51,714 nt of DNA from a virus (lineage: Duplodnaviria > Caudoviricetes). The position numbers were made by a program, and so were the translations under genes. Of the stretch, positions 44,760-51,714 are shown in pieces (position 1 is the first letter of the stretch; each line of letters opens with the position of its first letter). The notes below the pieces were generated by a model. It made no database searches, was not told where the DNA came from, and saw only the letters and a program-made list of their open reading frames with translations. The stretch covers positions 1 to 51,714 of the IMG/VR virus record IMGVR_UViG_3300005323_000054; one strand, written 5' to 3'.

Positions 44760-47020
44760 CAGTTACTCAACCCCGCATTACGGATATACTTCGCCTGTGT
44801 AATGGATGCCTGCCTGACACTCTCTCCGGTCGTCACTCCGACAGGATTATTCACGGTCGTCTGAATGACGAGAGTGCTTCCTGTAGACTCCTTCGTAGTT
44901 TCCTTCGAGGATTCAGAACTTTCTTTCGATGCCGTTCCGAGTGTCTGGACTGAAGAGAAATCTGCCGATTTGTAGGATGGGAGAGAAGCCAGCATTGCCG
45001 CAATCCGTGAGGTCTGCATGAACTCCGCGTTCCCCGTAGGATTCCAGTCCGGTCCGTTCTTCGTCCACTGAACAATACCGATATTCGCAATCGCCGGGTT
45101 CGCCGCAAGTGCCGCCACGAAGTCAAACCAGTTCTTCGTCATGTTCTCGACGGCAATCTTGAGATATTCTGTCATCGCCGTGTAATGTATGGCAGCGAAT
45201 CCCTCCATCTCGATATAGAGTGCCTTGATTTTGTTGTTCTCTTCGGTCTGTGCGGTTACTGCCGTTGATGCGGCATCCTTCGCAGCCTCTCCTTTCGCTT
45301 CACTCCCGGCCACGGCTTTGTTCGAGGTTGCTGTTGCCGTTGTCGCCGCCGCCGTATTTGATGCGTTTACTTCTTTGTTCGCCTCGACGGTTTTATTTTT
45401 CATCAGAGAAAGATACGTGATTGCGAGGTCGGTTGTCGCTTTCGACTGACCTGCGAGGTATCCAGTGACTCCGGTCTTCGCGTCTTTACCCCATCCCTTA
45501 TCTACAATCTTCTGAAGTTCGTCCTGTGACATCTTCGCCATTTCGGAGAACCCCGCCGTGTCCGGACCGACACCGCCGGTATTAATCGAGGATTTGTAGA
45601 GGTCATTATACGAAGACCCTCCGACATTCATACCAGATATCGTCGTTGCGATTCCGGTCAGTTTCTCGTTCCAGTCATCGAGTTTATTGTAATTCTCCTG
45701 AACGGCATAATTCAGATCGTCAATCTTACCTTTGACTGCCTTTGCCGCTGCACTCCCCTTATCAGAAAACCCTGCGTATTCAAGGCTTAACGCTTTCAGT
45801 TGGTCTTTCTGGTCAGGGATTGTCCTCTTCGTCATCTTGTCAACTTCGAGGTTAATATCCCGTATCTGTGATGCAGAGAGTTGTTCTTTCTTCGAGGTTT
45901 CGTCGTATTCATCCCCGAGGTTTTTTACAGCGCCGGTCTCGTCCTTAAGGGACTCAGACATTGCGTTGTTCCTGGCGAGGTTATCGGCAGTAATCTGGTC
46001 TTGGTCAGCCTGAAGTTGTTTTCTGAAGTCGAGGAATGAGGTTGAGACGCGAGACCAAGAATCTGTCATCGTTGAATATGCCCCGCCGAAATCCCCCTGC
46101 ATCGCTTTCCAGAACGCAGTGAAAACCGATACCATGAGGTCTCCGACAGAGAGGACCGTCATCCCGAGGATGTGGAACCCGTTGATTACATCGACAATAA
46201 TAGGGGCTATTTTCCTCGTTAGTTCGAGGATTGTATTTATTGCAGGGATGATGTCTCTCTTCATTGCAGGGATGAGTTGAAGTCCGACATCGCGCCAAAT
46301 CCTGTCAAACCCCGCCTGAATCTTATCGAGTTCGATTTTGTATTCTGCCGCCCTCGCAATCTCTTCAGGAGAGTGAACTGATGCCGTCTTAAGGGACTTT
46401 GCCACCTGTTCGGATTCTGCTGCGAGTTTCAGGACTTCTCGCGTATTCCGCCCGAATAACTGCGAGGCAAGACCGGCCCGTTCCTGCTGGTTGGTTACCT
46501 CTCCAAGACCTGCGATAATCTCGGGCATCAGGTCGTCCATATCACGGAGTTGTCCGTTTACATCCTTCGCGGCAATACCCATCTTGTGGAGTGCCGAAAT
46601 CGCAGGGTCGGTGTCTGAATCTGCTTTCCCTAAAAATCTTGAGAGAAAGAGCATATTTGTCTGAAGGGTTCCGACATCAGCCCCGGTATCAACACATGCC
46701 CTCCGCCATTTCTCAAGGGCGACTGTGCTTAAGCCGGTCCAGTAGGTAGCGTCTTCGAGTTCGTGTGCCCATTCCGCCGATGCTGCCGCCATTGCATACG
46801 CTGCGGTCTCTGCGGCTGCGATTGCGGTTACAACGCCACCAATTCCCCCCTCAAGGGCAATAAGACCCTCTTGTGAGATACCGAACGACTTTGCGATGTC
46901 ACGGCCAACCTCTGCCGCCATCGTCTTCGCTTCCTGAAGCCCCTGTTCAAACCCAGATGCCTCTACCCGTAACCTTCCTACGAGGTCTCCTGCGTCAAAT
47001 GCTCCTCCCGGCCCGCTCAT
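44759..47020 (-). CDS. Tail tape measure protein
   Basis: 753 aa, Ala-rich and helical; ALHKMGI..KDVNGQLR..; follows the chaperone pair. Confidence 0.88.
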   Translation of the reverse strand: MSGPGGAFDAGDLVGRLRVEASGFEQGLQEAKTMAAEVGRDIAKSFGISQEGLIALEGGIGGVVTAIAAAETAAYAMAAASAEWAHELEDATYWTGLSTVALEKWRRACVDTGADVGTLQTNMLFLSRFLGKADSDTDPAISALHKMGIAAKDVNGQLRDMDDLMPEIIAGLGEVTNQQERAGLASQLFGRNTREVLKLAAESEQVAKSLKTASVHSPEEIARAAEYKIELDKIQAGFDRIWRDVGLQLIPAMKRDIIPAINTILELTRKIAPIIVDVINGFHILGMTVLSVGDLMVSVFTAFWKAMQGDFGGAYSTMTDSWSRVSTSFLDFRKQLQADQDQITADNLARNNAMSESLKDETGAVKNLGDEYDETSKKEQLSASQIRDINLEVDKMTKRTIPDQKDQLKALSLEYAGFSDKGSAAAKAVKGKIDDLNYAVQENYNKLDDWNEKLTGIATTISGMNVGGSSYNDLYKSSINTGGVGPDTAGFSEMAKMSQDELQKIVDKGWGKDAKTGVTGYLAGQSKATTDLAITYLSLMKNKTVEANKEVNASNTAAATTATATSNKAVAGSEAKGEAAKDAASTAVTAQTEENNKIKALYIEMEGFAAIHYTAMTEYLKIAVENMTKNWFDFVAALAANPAIANIGIVQWTKNGPDWNPTGNAEFMQTSRIAAMLASLPSYKSADFSSVQTLGTASKESSESSKETTKESTGSTLVIQTTVNNPVGVTTGESVRQASITQAKYIRNAGLSN

Positions 47021-47316
47021 GTCACTCTCCTTATATTTGCGTTCTTATTCCCCCAGAGTGCCGCGTATAACGTTTTTTTATCCGGGGTATCCGATTGTTT
47101 TTCCTCTTCGGGTTCTTCGTCAGGAATGATAATCCCGTTCGCTGCCGCGCCCGTGAGGTTCGCTTGAAGTTTCACCCGTGACAGGTCAAATTCCATGCCC
47201 TTCCGATAGAAGAAGAACAGTTGCCCGAGTGTCATTTTTTTCAGTAGATGATTCGGGGTCGCCCACGGGAATAATATTCCCAACTGGACGATAAGTTCCC
47301 CGATGGTCAGTTTTTT
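47017..47316 (-). CDS. Tail assembly chaperone, -1 frameshift extension (gpT-like)
   Basis: The -1 frame is open from the slippery site: KLTIGELIVQLGILFPW...MTLGQL. Confidence 0.75.
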   Translation of the reverse strand, partial: KKLTIGELIVQLGILFPWATPNHLLKKMTLGQLFFFYRKGMEFDLSRVKLQANLTGAAANGIIIPDEEPEEEKQSDTPDKKTLYAALWGNKNANIRRVT

Positions 47317-47690
47317 GTGGGTTCACCCTGTCCTTCCACCTTCTTTCCTTCACGGACCCCCATCTGGTCATTGAAGTCAGTTATCTGCTTATTCCCGTAT
47401 ACGAAGACGGCCTCGCAGAACCTCGATAACTGCGGGAGTGTAATCTTCGTCATGAGATACTCTTTCGTGATTTTCGGGTTTGCGATGGAACACGCATCCG
47501 CAGCAACTTCCGCCATCTCTTCGACGGTCGGCTGATGACCACTCTTGAAAAGGACTACCATCTTGAGCATCGCTGAAGCCGGGAATACCCCGATGTCAAC
47601 CTCTTGATAGTCATCTTTCCTCCCGATACGGATGACTTTTGGTTCTGGAAGGACAATAGTCAGGTCCTCTAAAAAATGAGATTCTGCCAT
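47307..47690 (-). CDS. Tail assembly chaperone (gpG-like)
   Basis: Between major tail and tape measure genes; ends at A AAA AAC TGA. Confidence 0.8.
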   Translation of the reverse strand: MAESHFLEDLTIVLPEPKVIRIGRKDDYQEVDIGVFPASAMLKMVVLFKSGHQPTVEEMAEVAADACSIANPKITKEYLMTKITLPQLSRFCEAVFVYGNKQITDFNDQMGVREGKKVEGQGEPTKN

Positions 47691-47692
47691 GA

Positions 47693-48496
47693 TTACGCTC
47701 CCTGTTCATCGACGATGGCGAGTAACTGGTCGCCGGCAGTCCGTGAGATATCGCAGATAGCCTCAATCTCAATCGGCATGACGTTGGCTTCCGTCGCCTT
47801 GTCCGACTTGTAGGACATCTCCATACCCTTCTTGATTCTCGCCTTGTAGAAGGTGAGTTCAAACTTCTTTCCAGCGTCGTTAAGGTTGGTCAGCCGGACA
47901 ACCCGGTAGGCAACGTCCCTCTTCCCCCCTGTCGAGAGGTTCTTCGAGGCGTTCGGGGTGTAGGCGTAATCCACCTTGCATATCTGGCCGTCCGTGATAT
48001 CAGAGCCAGATGCAGGGCGGGAGAGACAGGTCTTTCCGTTTGCATCCACGGTCACGGTGTAATCCGCTCCGAGGTCATAGGTCGTGGTCCCTGCGTAGTC
48101 AGTTACGACGATAGTTGAGACCACGGTCCCGTCTCCGTTCGCGTGAAGGAGAGCCACGGGTTTGAGTTCTACCGTTGCGAACGTGACTGCCTCATCAGTG
48201 ACAGAGACTGGCGATGCTGCTGTCGTGGTGTAAGTGTCGATACCTCCACGGGCAACGTTCAGTTTCGCAAGGTCCGGCTCAAGCCAGTCTGCCGTGATAG
48301 TGGCTTTCTGGTCAGAGACACCGGCAAGGATTTCCCCTGCGTTATCGGAGTCAATCGTGAACTCCGTCTGGGCTTCCACCCACTTCCCGTTCTTGATTGC
48401 GCCGAAATCCTGAAGTGCCCCGACAGTCGCTCCGACTTCAATCTTCATCGAGCCGAGCCTGATTGCTTCTGCATTCTGAATGGTAGTTTGTGCCAT
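47693..48496 (-). CDS. Major tail tube protein
   Basis: 267 aa; DFGAI..., FELTFYKA, MPIEIEA; canonical position. Confidence 0.8.
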   Translation of the reverse strand: MAQTTIQNAEAIRLGSMKIEVGATVGALQDFGAIKNGKWVEAQTEFTIDSDNAGEILAGVSDQKATITADWLEPDLAKLNVARGGIDTYTTTAASPVSVTDEAVTFATVELKPVALLHANGDGTVVSTIVVTDYAGTTTYDLGADYTVTVDANGKTCLSRPASGSDITDGQICKVDYAYTPNASKNLSTGGKRDVAYRVVRLTNLNDAGKKFELTFYKARIKKGMEMSYKSDKATEANVMPIEIEAICDISRTAGDQLLAIVDEQGA

Positions 48497-48512
48497 TATT
48501 TTCCTCCTGAAA

Positions 48513-48929
48513 TTACCGGAATACCACTTGGTAATCCGTGTTCACGAAATATACCGAGGCAACCGCAGTCGCCTCTCCGTCATCATCCTCTGTTTTGTTC
48601 ATAAATGATATACTCTTTATCCTCACCCCTAGTTTCGTGCCCTTGTATCCGTGAAGACCCGTAGGAGCGATTTCTCCCGTGGTATCTCCGCAGATAACCG
48701 TGGCGTTTGTTCTCGCTGCAAGGTAGGTCGTTGCGACGTTCGTCACCTGTATCCGGCATGTCTTGATACCTGACTCATCCTCAAGGACTTCTGAAACGAC
48801 CTGATAGAATACGGCAGGGAGTTGTTTTCCGAGGTTAAGTTTCCCCGGATAAATCCTCGTGCTGAATAGTGCCGAGATTGCGGCGTTATCCGTCATTACT
48901 TTCCTAACGGCTTCAACAATGTCACTCAC
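48513..48929 (-). CDS. Tail terminator/completion protein (DUF3168-like)
   Basis: RIYPG...LPAVFY...RIQV. Confidence 0.7.
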   Translation of the reverse strand: MSDIVEAVRKVMTDNAAISALFSTRIYPGKLNLGKQLPAVFYQVVSEVLEDESGIKTCRIQVTNVATTYLAARTNATVICGDTTGEIAPTGLHGYKGTKLGVRIKSISFMNKTEDDDGEATAVASVYFVNTDYQVVFR

Positions 48930-49446
48930 CGTAATATCCCTCCCCTGCGCTTGTCACTCCCTGATAGTTCGATTTCTCGACGGCTGCTTTCAGATGAGCG
49001 GCGATATACATCATCGCTTTCTCCCTCATTACGTCGAAGGCTGGACGGAGATACGGTTTCGGGGCTTGGTAGACCTGTTTCGTTCGTATCCATGTCCCGT
49101 CTGCGAGCCTGAATACGAGGAACGGCTTGTTCTTCGCCTTGATGAATCCCCCATATTCCCTCTGCTTGGCGTAAATCATGTTTGTCCCGATGAGAACGTC
49201 AACGTGGTCGCTCGCAACCTCTCCTATCTGAACGTCGATTGACGCTTCGAGGGTTCCGGTGGGCTGCTCCCTGAAGTTCTGACGGATATTTTTTCTGGCC
49301 TCGTTTGCTATGATTTCTCCGCCGTTCAGCATCGCTTTCTCGCATTCTACCATATACTCCGCTTGGAGTCCCTTGATGTTTGCGAGGAACTGGCTGGAAT
49401 CAAACTCAAAGAAGGTCTGGTCGTGAGTATCCGTCAGCATCCCCAT
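48922..49446 (-). CDS. HK97 gp10-like neck protein
   Basis: TGTLEASI...GTNMIYA..EYG...PYLRPAF. Confidence 0.85.
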   Translation of the reverse strand: MGMLTDTHDQTFFEFDSSQFLANIKGLQAEYMVECEKAMLNGGEIIANEARKNIRQNFREQPTGTLEASIDVQIGEVASDHVDVLIGTNMIYAKQREYGGFIKAKNKPFLVFRLADGTWIRTKQVYQAPKPYLRPAFDVMREKAMMYIAAHLKAAVEKSNYQGVTSAGEGYYGE

Positions 49447-49790
49447 TATGTCACCCTCTTGAGTTCAACGACGTAGTAATCAATCTGTCTCAACCCTACC
49501 GGCTCAACAGTCTCGACGCGATACGTGTATTCGTAGCCCGGGGCCGTGGTCCCGATAATCTGGTTTCCTTCTGTGATGGTTGCCCATCCGGGAAGGTTCA
49601 CCGTAGGGAACTTCTTTACCCACGTTCCGGTCGTCGTATCCTGTCGCTGTCCTTTCGGCTGACCGAAGAGACATGGAACCCCTGTAACATCGGTAATCGT
49701 GCCCGGGATTTCTTCACCCGCTCCGTTCTGCGAGGGCGTGCCGAAAGACCGAATCGTGCAGATGTGAATGAAGTTACCTTCGACGTTCAC
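49446..49790 (-). CDS. Head closure/head-tail adaptor
   Basis: 114 aa, beta-rich; canonical position. Confidence 0.6.
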   Translation of the reverse strand: MNVEGNFIHICTIRSFGTPSQNGAGEEIPGTITDVTGVPCLFGQPKGQRQDTTTGTWVKKFPTVNLPGWATITEGNQIIGTTAPGYEYTYRVETVEPVGLRQIDYYVVELKRVT

Positions 49791-49792
49791 GG

Positions 49793-50251
49793 TTATCCTC
49801 CGGTATATTCCCCGACATCAACGGGGTAATCTACGGTGTCATTGTTGTCCAGCCTGAAGGAATCGTTCGAGATGTCGTTCCTCTGAACCAGAACGTCTCC
49901 CCTGCCACTTCCACCGGCCACCGAGGATTTCTGAAGGTTCGCAATCTGTTCCATCGAGAGCCAGTATGACGTTTTCTCCGGGGGAACTGCGCCGTTCCGA
50001 GTCCACGACATATTCAGGGTATTAACCGAGGCTTTGTCGAGGTCACCTTCGAGTGAGACATGGAGATGAGCGATGATATACGCCTTCGCCGTCATTGCGA
50101 GGTCTCCCGTCAGGTTCTTTCCCGGACAGATTTTAAAAACCTCTTCAGCGATAGCCAGAAGGACCGCATATCGAGCGTCTGTCATCCTTCCCGTGCCTTT
50201 TGTGAACGGGGTTACTGCTGCGAGTGCCACGTCTACGGTTGCGATTGTCAC
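49793..50251 (-). CDS. Head-tail connector protein
   Basis: AKAYIIAHL...TSY pattern (DUF4054-like); canonical position. Confidence 0.6.
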   Translation of the reverse strand: MTIATVDVALAAVTPFTKGTGRMTDARYAVLLAIAEEVFKICPGKNLTGDLAMTAKAYIIAHLHVSLEGDLDKASVNTLNMSWTRNGAVPPEKTSYWLSMEQIANLQKSSVAGGSGRGDVLVQRNDISNDSFRLDNNDTVDYPVDVGEYTGG

Positions 50252-50664
50252 TGTTTTTTCCTCCTGAATGGGAAGATTTTATTCCACGCGCTCGGCTGAA
50301 AGTTGTCCTCGAAGATACGGTCAAGGACCCCGACATAGGCGTAATACCAATACATCATCCACCCGATACGGTCACGGAAATACTGGTTGTTCTCGAAGAG
50401 ACATCCCTGAAGTTTCAGGAGATAGACGAAGGTTTCTGTTCCCGGGTCTTTCTCCTCTACCAGTTCGGGATACATCTGCATCTTGAGAAGGATTCTCCCG
50501 AGAGGGGTTGCGTATTCCGCATCCGTCGCATGGAACTTCAGAGCGTCAGAGTTCAGAATCTCACGGAGCCGAGGGCTGTCCCTGAAGAACATTTCGAGGT
50601 GTTCATAGAGTTCTTCCGTCTTGTCCATCACGAACTGCTTGTCGGCTTCTGTCAGTTTTTCCAT
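50248..50664 (-). CDS. Hypothetical protein, paralog of 50669..51076
   Basis: Probable start MEKLT (50664). Confidence 0.6.
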   Translation of the reverse strand: MEKLTEADKQFVMDKTEELYEHLEMFFRDSPRLREILNSDALKFHATDAEYATPLGRILLKMQMYPELVEEKDPGTETFVYLLKLQGCLFENNQYFRDRIGWMMYWYYAYVGVLDRIFEDNFQPSAWNKIFPFRRKKQ

Positions 50665-50668
50665 GGTC

Positions 50669-51076
50669 TCACACTCTCTTGTCGTGAACGAGGTAATGGA
50701 TACGGTTCGTCTTCGGATACCAGTTATCCGGGGAGAACTCCCTGTATCTCCTGAACTCGCTCCCGTGGTCAATTATCCAGCAGATGAATCCCCCGAGCCG
50801 TTCCCGATAGAACGAATCGTTCCTTGCGACCTTTATCACGAAGAGGATAAGGGTTCCGATAATCTGCTTCCGGTTCTCTCTGGTCTCGTTTTCTTTCCAC
50901 CAGAGGTATCCCTGAAAGAGAAATTGCGTCAAGGGGTCGGGGTCATCCCGGAAATCGTCTTCACAGACGTTTAATTTGCTTGCCAAAAGAGCGATGGATT
51001 GCCAGAGAAGTATCTTCGTAACCGTGTGAAATTCCGCGCCGTCCGTCGTATCAGTCTTTCCTCCCATTCTTCGCAT
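50669..51076 (-). CDS. Hypothetical protein
   Basis: GGAGGAG RBS; 135 aa. Confidence 0.6.
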   Translation of the reverse strand: MRRMGGKTDTTDGAEFHTVTKILLWQSIALLASKLNVCEDDFRDDPDPLTQFLFQGYLWWKENETRENRKQIIGTLILFVIKVARNDSFYRERLGGFICWIIDHGSEFRRYREFSPDNWYPKTNRIHYLVHDKRV

Positions 51077-51115
51077 TTATCTCCTCCATTTTCACCTGAA
51101 AAAATGATAATGGGG

Positions 51116-51714
51116 TTAGATGCCGCTGTCATACAGGGCAGCGTAGGGTTCCTTTACGACCGGCACGGTATCAATCCAGAACTGCATGACGGTATCGTGG
51201 CTCTCCGGCTCAACGTATGAGTTGAACGAGAACCCGAAGTTGTCGATGGTCTTCTGGATGCGGCTGCCGGGGTTCGCAGGGTCAATCACCGAGTAGGTAA
51301 TCTGCTGCGGGGCATACTTGGGGTTGTTGTTGTAGAACAACGTGCCTGCGGGGTTGTTCCGGTCAAGCCCGAGGATATACCCCTCGTCAATACCTGACAG
51401 GAGTCCGTGAACGTCTCCACCGATGACCGGCACTGACATCCGTTCCTCACCTGTTGCAGAGGGAACACCCGTGATTTCACGGAATGCAATGTCTGTGTTT
51501 GTCAGTTGTGCCGTCAGCCGGGAAATCATTTCCCAGTAGTTCGTCGAGTTGACGTAGACATCAGTCAGGCGATAGGGGTATCCTTCGCGCCGCATCTGGC
51601 CGGCAAGGGTTACGAGGTCTGCGGTCGGGGTGCAGGCTGCATCTGACCATACCTTATACGGAGCCCATGTCGGGGTCGTTGCGTTGGCCTTGAGGGTCGT
51701 TGCAATGAGCGTGT
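51116..51714 (-). CDS. Major capsid protein, C-terminal part
   Basis: Frame open from the window end (TLIATTLKANATTPTWAPY...MRREGYPYRLTDVYV...LYDSGI); joins 1..409. Confidence 0.8.
   Translation of the reverse strand, partial: TLIATTLKANATTPTWAPYKVWSDAACTPTADLVTLAGQMRREGYPYRLTDVYVNSTNYWEMISRLTAQLTNTDIAFREITGVPSATGEERMSVPVIGGDVHGLLSGIDEGYILGLDRNNPAGTLFYNNNPKYAPQQITYSVIDPANPGSRIQKTIDNFGFSFNSYVEPESHDTVMQFWIDTVPVVKEPYAALYDSGI

Noticed and set aside
78-51220. Numerous plus-strand ORFs (e.g. 7678..8373, 13353..14354, 22837..23505)
   Set aside because: Antisense shadows of tightly coupled minus-strand genes; no recognisable motifs

Overview
The window looks like an essentially complete, circularly permuted genome (~51.7 kb) of a tailed archaeal virus with siphovirus-type morphology (Caudoviricetes). 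An archaeal MCM helicase, TATA/BRE-type promoters, a PKD domain and many Cys-rich proteins point to an anaerobic archaeal host, probably a methanogen; the host assignment is inference. All credible genes lie on the minus strand, and the major capsid gene is split across the contig ends. Modules: packaging and head (ParB-like protein, GREB1/TAGT-like glycosyltransferase, TerS, TerL, portal, MuF fusion, protease/scaffold, decoration protein, MCP); neck and tail (connectors, major tail protein, frameshifted chaperones, tape measure, Dit, Tal-like, Gly-rich/PKD fibres); replication (iteron-like AT-rich origin, two paralogous small DNA-binding proteins, MCM); and about 22 kb of small accessory genes. 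I found no integrase, DNA polymerase, recognisable endolysin, reverse transcriptase or CRISPR array. The most striking feature is a 738-aa head protein fusing a GNAT acetyltransferase, a MuF domain and an apparently intact type IB topoisomerase. It is followed by a tiny, very acidic partner gene, and recurring Asn-Ser/Asn-Ala motifs may be maturation-protease sites. Other highlights are a D-armless tRNA mimic, a promoter-driven structured non-coding region, a displaced paralog of the decoration protein and an IS200/IS605 TnpA remnant. All family assignments come from motif recognition by eye, not database searches.
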